A DNA stretch of 61,336 nt, filler included, from Catajapyx aquilonaris (lineage: Eukaryota): assembly GCA_000934665.2 (NCBI GenBank). It is 3 parts of 3 records of this genome, joined end to end, with 100 filler letters (N's around TTAATTAATTAA, not from the genome) between each part and the next. Parts side by side here need not be neighbours in the genome. Positions count along the whole stretch, not along the records: positions 20,480 to 40,855 come from JYFJ02006273.1; positions 40,956 to 61,336 come from KZ539508.1; 1 more part is not named here. One strand, 5' to 3'. Made by a program: the position numbers and the translations under genes. The notes beneath the pieces were generated by a model, which was not told the DNA's origin, made no database searches, and saw only the letters and a list, made by a program, of their open reading frames with translations. Shown here one piece after another: positions 37,857 through 51,280 of this stretch; positions within the stretch are counted from its first letter, which is position 1, and every line of letters starts with the position of its first letter.

Positions 37857-38011
37857 ACTTTCGAGTTATGGAGAACTTCGAGTTATAGAAATTCGAGTTA
37901 GGGAAGTCTATTTCCTATTATTTTACATTGTGACCAACCAAGCTCGTCATTTTCTTCGACTTATAGAGAACTTCGACTTAGGGAAGTTCGACTTATAGAA
38001 GTTTTACTGTA
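37857..38011. mobile_element. Truncated pogo/Tigger-type MITE end
   Basis: Repeated TTCGA(G/C)TTA motifs ending ttttactg|TA. Confidence 0.5.
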
Positions 38012-38178
38012 TTTTGTATACAAGCCTCATAATAAGGCATATGCTTTGAAGATTCTTTTAACAACCACTTATGGATTAAAAGACTTGTTATTGTTAAGGT
38101 CAAAAGTTGCTAATGCATGTTTTTTTGAGTAGTGTGTGGTTTTGTCATGTAACTCATCATGCTTTTCTTCTGTGATAG

Positions 38179-38256
38179 GCTGGCTGCTGATGTGGGAAAG
38201 GGCTCTGGTGAACGTGAATTCAGTGGATTAGGCAACTGCTTGGTGAAAATCTTCAG
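38179..38256 (+). CDS. sesB: ADP/ATP translocase, coding exon 3
   Basis: (R)[25 protein letters not shown](R); tag acceptor, GTGAGA donor; phases match neighbours. Confidence 0.95.
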
Positions 38257-38334
38257 GTGAGAAGTAATGTTTTAATTTTTGGGAATGGTTGGACAGTTGG
38301 AACATATCTGTGACCGGGGTTTTAATTTCTCAAG

Positions 38335-38491
38335 GTCTGATGGTCTTTCGGGCTTGTACCGAGGCTTTGGAGTGTCGGTCCAGGGCATCATCATTTACCG
38401 TGCGGCCTACTTTGGTATCTATGACACTGCCAAGGGAATGCTGCCTGATCCCAAGAACACGCCCATTGTTGTCTCCTGGGCCATTGCACAG
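38335..38491 (+). CDS. sesB: ADP/ATP translocase, coding exon 4 (final exon not in window)
   Basis: [55 protein letters not shown] acceptor, GTAAAT donor. Confidence 0.95.
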
Positions 38492-39646
38492 GTAAATTTG
38501 TATTTGCATTGTAGTATTTATGATCATCCGGTTGGGTGACTTTTGTTGGTATTCAGAAATAATTTTAGTTGGCTGATTTTGGAATCTAGGCTTTAATAGG
38601 TCAAAATAACTCTTGGAAAATGAGTGTTCTCTCTACAGAAGGTAGTTGTATGGAGCTTGTACTGGGCACTTGTGCTTGCACATGTGAATGGGTTAGAATG
38701 AGCCCATGCATTAATGATTACTGATAGGACTGAATGAGCACCCATGGGGTGTTGAAATGAAGAGAAGTTAATTTTGATAATTGATATTAAGGGCGTCCGG
38801 AGTAGTGGCTGGTGACAAGGGGGGGGGGGGCTTGTTTTGGTGAAGTACCGTATTGCATAGTGTAATATTTAAATATAATAATCAGTGTCTGTCGTCTGAG
38901 GTGGGCAGGGGTGGGGGGTGGGACGGGTTGTTTTTAGGATTATTTTTACGAGTTTTAATTATTAGTTCAATATGTTGGGTTAGCTTGCGTCTCCCTTCAT
39001 CGCTGACTACCCCTCATAGGGAAATGTCGTGATGTTGATGATGATGATATTAATGAGCAGGTTACGGAGGAATTCCAAGATTGTCAAAACCAGCAAGGCA
39101 GCAATTTGGTTGGTGGCCACTACTTGTTAGAAGCTGATAGCACCAGATACAGATTAGGCTACATCTTGTGCTTGTATACCTTCTGAAGGGATACTTGCTT
39201 TGTGAAAAACCAAAACAAGAAGCCTGAATGTGATGCTACGCTTTTGCTGCAGCGAGTTTCTTTCCCCCCCATTGTGAATTAACTGAATAGTAATTAACAA
39301 AAGTTGCTGCCCACTACAGAGAGTTCAATTGGTACAAACTGTTGGATGTGTAGTGAAAACAACCTGCCCCTGGGCCTTGCAACTCCAGCATGTTAGTGAC
39401 GATTGAGTGTTTAGCAACAGGGTGGGAGAGAGGTCGAGACTTAACCACAAGGCTTGGTTTCTGTTCTTTCAACAAATTCGTGAAACTTTCTTAATGCAGG
39501 ATGAATTCTTCTGTGTGCAGGTTTTTTCTTACTGAGGGACATAATCATCATTACACAGTTTCCAGTGAATCTCACAAATACTAAGGAAATCCCATCTTGC
39601 TGCTGGGGCAGCAATATTTTCAGCAGTCGACATAGATTTTGCTATA

Positions 39647-40792
39647 CAGGGTGTAAATGAATTCGGGGGACAAACTTGTAGGGGTAATAGAGGGGACCAA
39701 GACAACATATTTGACCTAGGAACCCGTGTCCGGAAACGCCATCTAGAGGGGGTTCATAGACAAGGAACGGGTGCGCTCAGACGCGTCAGGCGGGCGGCGT
39801 TAGCGAGCGGACCGTTTAGTTGCTAGGTGGCGCGCGGATTGTACACAACTTTGCAATTCGCCATAACTTGGCAACAACAGAGTTGTTGTTTATTATCTGT
39901 GCGCTACCCAGTGAACTGTATATTGGAACTGGAACACGGACTGGCGGCCGAAAAATGTGTCTGAGATCGCCTGGTTCCTCCTGGAGATGTGATCAAGAAG
40001 CTCCCTGGCGGAAAGGGCTTCGTGTGGCCCTGGGAGTCGGGGCGGAATTGTGTTTTCGTTCAGATTTAGTGTTAATTTTGATATGGTTGTGGGGAGTTAT
40101 TAAGCATGGTCAGTAGTTAAAAATTCAACTTGTCGCCATTTTTATCCTCACATATTACGGCCGCCATCTTGGCAAATGGCGGCGAAAAAACCCGGTTTTT
40201 CTGTTTTATCTTTTTAACCGTTCATTTTATGAAATTTTATATCGAATGAAACATAAGGAGAATTAAATCCCGTGTCAAAAAGGACTCGATCAATATTTTG
40301 ATAATTGTAACGGTTTAGCCACAATCGTGCGGACAAAAGTCCGCTTAATGCGTTCTTTTGAATTACAAGAGAATTTAGCGTTGAGCCGCGAGTAGGCCGC
40401 CATCTTGATTGCGACTGCCCTCTCCTGGAGAGGTTATCACAGCGGATTAGAGCAGGACACAGTTTTTGCGCCATCTATCAATGGGAGTCCGCGTTCCAGT
40501 TCCAATATACAGTTCACTGGCGCTACCTAGCATGCTGACTTTAGTTGTTAGGTGGCTCTGTTGTTGCCAGGGTATGGCAAATTGCGAAGTTGTGTACAAT
40601 CCTCGCGCCACCTAGCAACGAAATGGTCTGCTCGCTAAAGCCGCCCGCCTGACGCGTCTGAGCGCACCCATTCCTTGTCTATGAACCCCCTCTAGATGGC
40701 GTTTCCGGACACGGGTTCCTATGTCAAAAATACTTGTCTTGGTCCCCTCTATTACCCCTACAAGTTCGTCCCCTGAATTTATTTACACCCTG
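39647..40792. mobile_element. MITE family 2 copy interrupted by a hAT MITE
   Basis: Same arms as 36787-37312; TA|CAGGGTG..CACCCTG|TA. Confidence 0.85.
39909..40519. mobile_element. hAT-type MITE
   Basis: ~33-bp TIR cagtgaactgtatattggaactggaac; 8-bp TSD GCGCTACC; empty site gcgctacc at ~37032. Confidence 0.9.
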
Positions 40793-40855
40793 TATTCAGG
40801 GTCTCCTATAGGCAGGATTCACTATACAGGGTGTTTATTGTAACTCTGCAAAGAC

Positions 40856-40955
40856 NNNNNNNNNNNNNNNNNNNNNNNNNNNNNNNNNNNNNNNNNNNNT
40901 TAATTAATTAANNNNNNNNNNNNNNNNNNNNNNNNNNNNNNNNNNNNNNNNNNNN
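40856..40955. other. Artificial 100-bp linker
   Basis: N44-TTAATTAATTAA-N44. Confidence 0.95.
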
Positions 40956-41753
40956 ATATTTTGCGCAGACGTTGAATAGTTGAGATACCCAACATCGTGG
41001 AAGTATAGGGAACTCTGACGAGGTGGCGCTGGTAATCGCGCCGCAGCGCTCTGCTGGCACATGCTATTGCATAATAATTATTCTCCACTACTATATTGTT
41101 GTATGAATATTGTCCGACATGGATTTTGGTTATAAACGAAGGTTCTGTTCAGTCCAATGGGTCTTCCCCACAATCCTAGGCGAAACAGTGTGGCAAGAAG
41201 TGCCCAGGAGAGGCCCCGGCAGGAAGAGCTGCGAGCGCGCGCGCTTCTTACCCCGGCCGTCCTCGCGCGCAACCTCGGGTTCAAGCCTCCATAGCACCGA
41301 GAATATGCATCGTACGAGATATATCAAATAGATCATTTCTATTTAGAAGGTCTGGATTGACATTTTTCATTTGAAGCTTTTCCGCATAAAATGCCCGAAT
41401 GTTGAGTAAAACGCCATTTAATTCTTTGAAAAAACCCCGCGTAACACTTCAATTGGCTGTTTTCGCTATAAAAACGGCACATACGAGAAGATGTTAAGGC
41501 ATCAAATCGAGGCGGTGTCTCATGAGGAACAATCTGCAAAAAGAATCATCGCTCTAGCTTCACTGGTTCGTCCGCTACACTGGCGTAAAGGGTATCCAAA
41601 ATGGCGCCTACATTTTCCAAGATGGCGGCCAAACCCGTCACCGGAAACTTGGGGAACTTCGTCCACAGGTTCAAGGACATGTCCTGAACATATCCCCAAA
41701 AGGGTGCTTTGTTATTAATTTGTTCCATGTAAAAACCTAATTGCACTGGACTA

Positions 41754-42633
41754 TTAGGGAGAAGAGAAGCTCTTCTCTTCTGCGTAAGTTCATAGCAGCC
41801 CTCGGACACTTTCCCCTACAATCTTATCGTCTGCCGGGGCGTTTTGCATGAAGTGCTCACCTGAGAGCGCCATGAGGCCTTTCACGGCGCTATTATGTGG
41901 CGACCCTACCGGACTACGCTGAACTTTATAGGTACTAAGGGGAAGAGCTACATTGGGGGACCCAACATGGTCGCCGGCGGCCATGTTGGGCCCGCATGTA
42001 AGCGGCTTCTCTTCTACCTTAGTTCAGCGTAGTCCGGTAGGGTCGCCACATAATAGTGCAATGAAAAGCTGTCTCATGGCGCTCTCAAGTGAGGACCTCA
42101 TGCAAACGCCCCGGCAGGCGATAAGAGTGAGTGTCCAGACTTTACTATTCTAAGACCATGGTCCAGACCTTAACCTACTATTCTAAGACTATGGTCTAGA
42201 CTCTAGACTGAGCAGCGAGGCGGCTAGCCCAAGCCGGATCCACACCTGTTCAATGTTCATGCGCGACACCAGGTGTCAGCGCCTGCTTCAGCTTGACTCC
42301 CCTTTCATTTTTTTCCATTTTTTTCATTGCACTATTATGTGGCGACCCTACCGGACTACGCTGAACTAAGGTAGAAGAGAAGCCGCTACATGCGGGCCCA
42401 ACATGGCCGCCGGCGACCATGTTGGGTCCCCCAATGTAGCGCTTCCCCTTAGTACCTATAAAGTTCAGCGTAGTCCGGTAGGGTCGCCACATAATAGCGC
42501 CGTGAAAGGCCTCATGGCGCTCTCAGGTGAGCACTTCATGCAAAACGCCCCGGCAGACGATAAGATTGTAGGGGAAAGTGTCCGAGGGCTGCTATGAACT
42601 TACGCAGAAGAGAAGAGCTTCTCTTCTCCCTAA
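41754..42633. mobile_element. Foldback element with ~310-bp near-identical arms
   Basis: 41754-42066 is the reverse complement of ~42322-42633; the ORF track gives an identical 64-aa peptide on opposite strands. Confidence 0.9.
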
Positions 42634-43520
42634 GTTCGGGCTTGACTCCCCTAAGGACCTCCCCTTCCTAGATATTATTTCCACCTCGCTAAAGAAATGA
42701 CATGATTACATTTAAAGCTGATGGGGCAAAAAATATTTAAATCTGATTTTTAAAAATACATCAATGTTATAATATTATGACAATCTGCTTAAATTTGCTG
42801 ATTTTAAGGCATGTTTATTCCTACACGTTCGAGTGACAAAAAAAAGGCGGTGTTCGTAACATCCCCGGTGCGGTGTTACCTTTTACACATGCCAGAATTT
42901 ACGAGTGCGTCTGGTATACCAGACCTGGGCAATTTGTTCCTGCCTGATTGAATCGGCCACGACCTAAAACCCTGGTCTGTACAACTTTCTCAAGGCTCCT
43001 GGACTCAAATTAGATCGATGCCCGCTTGGGTTCGCCCGCACTACGCGTGCCTACTTCAAATGGCCCACAAAAAGATCTTAAATCGGGGCCCTTTTTTTCA
43101 CCCTCTTCCTCCTTCTGGCCTCTTCTCAGATCCTCAGACGGCTTGACTTTATCTCCAGACTTACTGAAGAAAAGACCTTCAAACATGACCTTTTATCCTT
43201 TTCGGTTGATGGGTTTTTTCAGGGGGTTTTCCGATGGCACACTATTGTTCGCTTAAAACAAATGGTTCGGATTACACCGTTTCAAGTCGTTATTTTGAGT
43301 GTTGAAGGATAAAAATTGGAATTTTACGTCGCTACCTTTGGTGTCAAAATGCAGCTTGTTTGGTTGAAATCACATTTAAATTTAACTAGCATTATCTGTG
43401 AAGGGTGTTACCCTGCACAGGGCGATGATTCCCGTTCTTTTTTTTATCAATAGAGTCTGTCCATTAAATGAACGCCGATCAAAAATTGACTTACGCCCTT
43501 CTTGCACCATACCCTTCAAT

Positions 43521-43985
43521 AGGCGTATTCGGCAATTCAGATTATTCTGAGATGCGTCACGTGATATCTGAGTTGTTAGCCCTTCCCCTCAGAAGATTAT
43601 TGCCGAACGGCCGAACTGAGAGACCCCCCCTACCCGCCTGTGCTGCATCCCAGTGATATGCCAATGTTCGGGTATTTCAGTGCCGTATTTCGGACGCTTG
43701 CGGGTAATGGTGCGGGTAAAATGAAAATGCGGGTAACATCGGGTATTTTCAGGTCCTCTCGCGGAGGTTTTGGGGCATTTTGCATTGGCAACACTGCTGC
43801 ATCCATAACAATAATTTGTTTGTTAATTGTTTCTCAGCAAGTAAGTCAGGTCAGGAGTACACTAAGTTCCTGAGCTTGGGAAGTCAGATAGGGCGCATGC
43901 GCACTTACTTCAGGGGCGTGGCACCTGATTTGCCGAACATCCAAACAGCCCTGGAAGTCAGATTCCTGAATTGCCGAATACGCCT
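43521..43985. mobile_element. MITE with 20-bp TIR, containing a nested hAT mini-MITE at 43651-43796
   Basis: aggcgtattcggcaattcag/ctgaattgccgaatacgcct with AAT flanks; inner element cagtg..cactg with 8-bp TSD CTGCATCC. Confidence 0.8.
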
Positions 43986-45239
43986 AATATTATTGTGTCT
44001 GGCTGCTTTAAGTTCTACACGTGACTGGCGTTGACTGTCTGTTTCATGCTGCTCTTTAATTCGTTGGGGTTTGGCGTCAGGAGAGTGTCCAAATGTGTAA
44101 CACTTCTTTGGGGGCATTTTATGGAGAAATACGTAGAAAGCGGACACCCGATATCGCCAAGAATGCACCTCTGGAATTTTTTTTCCATGGAGATGACCCC
44201 AAACTAAGTCATATATTGTTTATATTGTTGCCGATGGTGGTTAAAGCAGAGGCGGTATAGAGTGTCGTGGGAGTTAGGCTCATTTTCGGAAGCTGAAACA
44301 TGCGGCATTAAATTCCTCGAAATAAGTAACCCCCAATGAGCAGTGTAGGGGGATTCCCCTGGATTTCTATAGCGAATCCACAAACAAACAAATCGACAAA
44401 CGAACTAAAATGTAGATTACTAAGAAGATATTGGACCAGAAACTTGCAGTCAATGAAAGATCAGGGTTGTGGGTGACGATTATTCCATTTCATTGCACTT
44501 CTTGTTTTCTGAAAAATGAAGAGACCTTCCAAAATGGAAACAGGATGTAGTTTTATTTCACGTTTGGTCAATTTCATAGTTTTCACGAGCAATTACAGGA
44601 CTGGTTCAGGCAACTCTCGGATTGATGATAGTGTCAGCTGTTTAGCAGTGGGTGCCATGCGACATGCAGAAAACAACCTGCAGCTCAGTGTTGCGAGTGA
44701 AATGTTTTTTTTTTTCCCCATGCACTGTATGAGACAAACTGAGAAATAACTCAAAATATCATTTAGTTTATCACATAGCTCTTTATCTAAGGAAAAATCA
44801 GCGCTTACCACTAAAATAGTGGGATTTTCAAAATGCGCACATATTAGAGATGCGAAATACTACTCTAGGAGTCAATTGAATGGTAACGTGACCAAGTACA
44901 GTATTTTACTTCTTAATGTACAGTATTACTGCAAGATTAAAGAGAAACAAATTTATTCAAGTAACAATGGTAGGCCTACTAATGATCATTAATTTATGAG
45001 TGCAGTTTGATTATTTTACCCATGGAATCAAACAAGAAAATGCAAGAAGTTCAAAGATTTCCAAAAGTAAATATTTGTGTCCAAATATTATAGCTGCAAA
45101 ATAGACTATCAGTATATTCACTTTTCTTCTCAACATCATACATCAAAACACCAGGCTATGTGCCTTTTCACATGAAATTCCAAGTTCATCTTGCGGACAC
45201 AAATCGGTAAAACCTGCAGATATTTATCTCAGAATGAAG

Positions 45240-45830
45240 AGGTAGTATGGGGATGATGCATCTGGGTCGCTTCAGTAGGTATATGAGTATCATAGGATAT
45301 TTAAAGGTGAGTCAAACATGGACCATGCAGCTCACTCCGCGCCTGACACTATCGATGAAGTTGATCGAGTGGTATATATGGGAAAACCGGCTGGTAACAA
45401 TTGACGAGGTAGCTGTGGAATTGAAGATGAGTCATTTCCTGGCTCACCACATCATTCACGACGTGCTGCAGTACTGAAAAGTCTCCGCCAAGTGGATACC
45501 AAAACAATTCACCCCCGATCTGAAAGAACCTTTTTTGGATGTTCTGAAACTCTTTTACGATGTGTCTTCCACACCCTGCATATTCACCCCACCTCTCATC
45601 ATGCAATTATCACGTGTTTGGATCTCTCAAGGAGGCTCTAGGTGTGGAACAATATTAAGGAAGGACGATGACGTAAAAGTGGCGGTGCATCTTGCGGTGC
45701 ATAGGTGGCTACGCAGTCGGAAGTTTTAATCTCTCGAGGAATCCAGGTATTAGTGAAGTTGTGGCATAGCCTACCTGTACTGAACGTAGTGGGGATCATG
45801 TTGAAAAGTGGTACAGTTTTCAATCACATT
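45240..45830 (+). pseudogene. Internally deleted mariner transposase relic
   Basis: NRLVTIDEVAVEL..IIHDVLQY*KVSAKWIPK (WVP motif) and HPAYSPHLSSCNYHVFGSLKEAL (YSPDLAPSDY motif). Confidence 0.8.
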
Positions 45831-48800
45831 TGTATAAACTGTAATATACTGTATTAATGTTTCTAAAAAAGATTAAGGTTACTTTTTCACTCTCGCACTT
45901 TATAGTCTATTATTGAGCGCCAGGGTGGCGCCTCGTATTCTGTGTAACCGTCTTTGTTAGAGTGGCCACCATTGCTCTGGCCGACTTTAGGCCACTTTGA
46001 AACTACACTGATTTTCACACCACGTTGATTAGACACGTTCTTCTTCGTGCCTAATCTCTCACATTTTCCCTATTCTGTCCGACAGCCCGAGCAAAATCTC
46101 CGGATTAGCCACAGGACATCGAAACCCACTTAGCCATCCCCTATCAGAATCTACCAGTTTTTCAAACCGAACCGCAAGAGTACTACTTCCCTCCCCCTAA
46201 AAAAGAGGGGAAAAAAGTAAGAGGATCATGCCTGACAGTGCTGACAGTGCTCATAACCCCTTTGCGCTTGGCGGTCATAACGGCGTCCATCCGGGGAAGT
46301 GAAACAAAGGAAACGCGCTGTGCGACTTTCGGTGGTCCTCTCGTAAATCCTGCCCCGGGCCCTTTCGTTGTCCGGGCCACGTGTCCCTGTGACCCCGAGG
46401 GGCCTTTATGATTCGTACACTCGCCATTTATAGGGCCAGCGGTGCTTCTTGGGACCTGCATTGTTACACGACAAGGGGCTAGCTTCCGGGAGCCTGCAGC
46501 CAACGGCTTCGGGGGTGATTCATCCGGAAAAGGGTGATGTTCGGCCAGGGACGTAATCGGAAAGGGGACCGGAACAATGCTGGATGGGTATTTAGGGAAG
46601 TTGCAAGGGAAAGTCGTCGTGGGGGTGGGGAGGGGAGGTCAGGCAATCATTCATTTTCGTAAGAGGTACGTATAACCGTACTCGGTGTAGCAGAGGATTC
46701 CATTGGGTTCGTGTCGTGGGATGGGTTAATGATGAAATGAAAGCATGGTATACATTTTAATATGGGGAGGGGAGAGGGTTTTTTAATTAGTTTTATGTAT
46801 GGTAATTTTATGAAGCCATGATGTCATATTTACTATGGGCCTTTGAAAGTGCGTTTCTGGGTGTGAAAGGGGAATGTTAATAGTGATGGGTTTTTAGGGA
46901 TTTTCAGTCTGTTATTCTTACGGCGGCAGTATTGAAACTCCTTATGATAATGTCAACAAATCTAACCTTGCAGGATGCCGTTGTATGGGTTATTACGTAA
47001 ATGCGTTAGCTTTATCCGGGAAGTGGGATTCCTTGCACATACTCCCCCAGTATAGGCATGCACTCTAGGTCTATACACAGGATGAGGTATGCCACGTCAA
47101 CTGGATCACACTTTTGCTTGGACCTCCTTCGATTTTCTTCCTAGTCAGCTGTAGGCCTATTGCAGCACCCAGGCACGGATGTAAGCCTATATGTAACCGA
47201 GTGTGTTTGACTTTGCGAAGCGTGGTTGCAAAACTACAGTGTGCAACAAGTGCGAATTATGGCCAGGAAATAATATCTAGAACGCCCATGAAAATTACTT
47301 TCCCCCATTTTTAGCAGAAATTGTATAGTTCCTGTTTGAACTGACGTATTTCAAAATACCATGCTTGAAAGGCATGCCACAAAAAATGTCAATTGGCTTA
47401 AAACTTTCCCACAGGATTTGAACGATTACAGGACAAAACCGCCTCGACAAAGGCGGGCACAGTTGTTGGAGGGCAGAAGTCAAGTTGGCTGGGAAGAGAC
47501 AGGGGGTGTTAGAAGGGTTCGGTACGAACCATGCACACTGCTGGTTCTAAGTGTCCCGGTACATCAAAGATGGCTGGGGAGATTATGGGGGCTGCCATTG
47601 GAAGGATTGCGTGACTTTTTGAACAGCGTCCAACAGTGGAAGGAGCGTGAGGAACATAATTATGATGGATATTGTATATTTCACTTTTGAGTTACTGTGG
47701 AGATATACTCTCTTCCTCTGCAACGTAACTGCCAGGTGTATGTTTTTGGTCTACGTTTTGTTACGTTCAAATCTCAAGTTGTCCCTTGTTTCTTTGCTTT
47801 AAATTAAGCTGGCATAAGAGATGGATAAATAAATGAACTCAAATTGTGCGCAACATGACAGAGTTTTTATTTTCATTTTTTTCTGAGAAAGGAGATGGCC
47901 AAAATCTTCACTACCCGATGGTGGTTACAGGGTAGTAGGCCTATGAAGAGCTTGTGATGGTTTTGAGATGGGTGCAGTTTAGGAGCAAGCCCTTGGGTCA
48001 GAGTGCTTGGTGAGGAGGCAAGCAATGGCCCGTGTAGACGCATCAGGGCCTGATCCAGAGTGGGCTATCCATCGGCGAGGGAAATGAGCCGGAGACCCGA
48101 GGCTTGATCGTGAGGTGGGAATCATCATCAAGTCTCCACCTGACGAGCTCGGAATGCATAAGTACCGGTTCTCATGTAATAAGTGGTCTCTTACTATTGT
48201 TATGTGAGCCGCACAGGTACCGGCAGTGCTTACATTATTTTTCTGCTATTGAAGTATTGGTGTACTAGGTGTTCTTAACAGGGTCACAGCTACAATTCAT
48301 ACCAACACTTTTAAGCAAAATATTACGGCACACCAGTGCACGAAAGCAAACCATTCAGGTAGTGTTACCAAAAACACGCGCATATCATTTGCACCAAATG
48401 TAGCTGCGCACTTGGATGGCTTCTCGACACGACCCATTGCTGAGCACTGATATAGGAGTAAGTACTTCTCGCGTTTAATATACCGAGTGGGTGTGTTCGT
48501 GAGTGTACGATTCGGTGCTTATTCTCACCAAGGACTCCCTGTTTCATCATATTTCTACATAGTGTATAAACTTTGCCAAAAGAATTTTTTGCGGCGTAAC
48601 TAAAACGCCTTCTATAAAATCTCATAAAAGTTAAATCCATGTGCATTGAACATAAAATACTTTCCAACTTGCATTATGGTGAATCCATGTACAAGAAAGT
48701 CTATTGATACCGAAGCCTTACCATCTGGAAAATCGTTTTGTGTGGCGAAAAGACTCGTAGCGGAACATATTTTTCTGTGAAGTAGCATTCACGGACCGAT

Positions 48801-49360
48801 ATGCTTTGTAAATCTTTCAGAGCTTAGAGCTTTACCTAATTCTATTTAATGTATTCATGCGGATTTATTTATTACAAACATCACTTATTCTTTTTTGTGC
48901 CTGCCAAGACACTTTTGGTTAGTTAGCCTTGGGGGAGGGAGAGGAGAGAGAATTTTGACAGTAGTTAATATTACTGATTCGTACCATGAAGGCGGAAGCA
49001 ACACATTCTCCGGATATTAATAAAGAAATATAATAATAAATGACGCAAAAGAATAAAACAGCTGCACCAAGCACTGTACCCTATCTTCAAAATTCGACAA
49101 CAATGTGCTGCAGCAGTTTGCGAAGTCTACCCTCTCACCTGATTAATTCGTCACGCTTCAGGGGAAGTGTTGGAAAATTAGTCACCGTGGTCTAGTGTAA
49201 TTATGTCGCACCGTGAATAAAACTCTGTAACTTTAAACCATTATGTCGCTCAGAAAACCGGTTTGGAAATAGGATTTAAGCTTTGTGCCTATTGGAGCGA
49301 AACTTGATATTAATACGCCACTTCTTAAAGAAAGCATGTCAAGAAATAAGCTACACTATA

Positions 49361-49612
49361 CAGGGTGTTCCAGACTCGTGGGTCACTTTTTGATAACTGA
49401 TATCGCCCGATAGCAGTTATTTTTGTAGCTTGTTGTGCCCCTAACCATGTGCTCCATTCTATAGCACCTGCTACATGTTCGACCCACTGGGGGTCGAATA
49501 TAGCAGTAGTTATAGAATAGAGCACATGGTTAGGGGCACAACAAGCTACAAAAATAACTGCTATTGGGCGATATCAGTTTCAAAAAGTGACCCACGAATC
49601 TGGAACACCCTG
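49361..49612. mobile_element. Tc1/mariner-type MITE family 1
   Basis: Near-perfect ~100-bp arms; TA TSD. Confidence 0.9.
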
Positions 49613-50921
49613 TATATCAGGAGTAAGATAATATGAAACAGTTATCTTTATGTCGTTTAGAGATTGCATATTGAACTGAAATGTTACTCCAAGCTAAAAT
49701 TGCCCGGTGTTATATTTTCATCTTATCTGAACATTTTAATTAGCAGACATTTTTTTATGATGCCTTCCCTTTATATTTCAGAAGAATTTAAAGTTTAATT
49801 TTACTGTAGGTGCTGCTCTCAGGCAGATATAGGACTTACAGTATTTTAGTAACTCCCCAAATGAGATGAAAAATTACTACGTGCAGAGTCAAATATAATA
49901 TGCGGGTTTTCCTACTTTTTCGTAATATTTTGAGCATGCTTATGCAACCGAAATAACTTATGCACACGTGGCAGGAAATTGGTAACCACATCCACATCTA
50001 AAGCGTTCCCTATTTTTAATTTCAAAGCACTATTTACCTACAATAAAACACTTCACCAACCAAAACTAAACTATCACAATTCTCCCCCTTCTCCAGAAAA
50101 CCCCCCAGAAATTGATCCCTGCAATTCCATTCAGCTCCATTTGGCACCTATATGAGACCCCATATAGACAATATTCTGGGTGACTTGTTCGCAAAAAACG
50201 TACAGTGCTCCCAGTTATAAATTGAAATCCAGAATCCGGGATTTCCTTGTGCTCCTTTCCCTTGTGCCCCCTCCCCCCCCCTCCCTGGAAAAAGATCCGG
50301 ATGGAATGAAATCCCAGAAGAGACCCCCGGCACAGGTTGGAATCTATTCCGTGGCCACAAAAGCTCCCATATTTAAAGCCTGCAGGCGTGGGAAGCAGGC
50401 AGGACTGTTGGATTTAAAAGCCCGATTAGGTTGATTGAGTAGAAACGGCGCCGTCGGTGCGTGTAGCTTATAGTCCCTCCCATACCCCCTCCCTCCACCC
50501 CTACTTTTTCTATCCCAGCACATTTGCAAGTTGGCGCCCCCGGAATTGAAGCGCCCCGGAACGTCCCCCCGGAAAGAGACAAGGTTGACCGGAATTCGCC
50601 AGAAAAGTTCTAGGCGTCGGGGGCCACCATTTTTGATTGGACGCTCTGGATTTGCACGAGTGGAAATTGGGATCCGGAAAAAGGACCGGGTTTCTATCGC
50701 TTGACCAGAAGGTTTCGAGGGAACTCTTTTCAGGAGGAGGGGTATTCAAATTGAGCCTGATGTGCGCCGGAGAACTATTATTTCATTATCGGGCACTATT
50801 TTTCATATCACGAGGGCGTGTGCTGTGGTGAGATATGGCACGTTATTTGGGCTATAATAGGAGCAGCTATTACGGTTGGGTGCGGAATAAAAGCTCGCAG
50901 TACTTCCAATACTATTGAAAT

Positions 50922-51280
50922 TGGGGAGGTGTTGTGGCAGAGATGGTAACGTCTCGGCTTGCTTAGTGAAAGGTCCCAGGTTCGATAATTGCCTGTGTGT
51001 TCCCTTTCACCTGCGTCGGGAGGGTCTCTGACCTCCACCAAGGAGGTGTCGGGCAACCTAACCTCCTGGGGGACTTGCACATGGTCCATTATTGGGACAT
51101 TGCACATGCACCCGTGTCCACTCCTTGAAAATCCCTACCCTTACCCTACGTCCCTTATTCCTTGCACCGGAGATTGGAGTTAATTCATAAAAATGGAGCG
51201 AAATGGTGGTATTCCACCCCCCAGAAGGGGCCCACGGCCTACGGGGTAAACACCAAAAACAAAAACAAAAACAAAAAATA
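50922..51280 (+). mobile_element. tRNA-derived SINE with (CAAAAA)n tail
   Basis: A box gtggcagagatgg, B box ggttcgata; degenerate TSD aatactattgaaat/aataccactgaaat. Confidence 0.75.

Noticed and set aside
41790..42597. Duplicated 64-aa protein on opposite strands
   Set aside because: By-product of the inverted repeat arms
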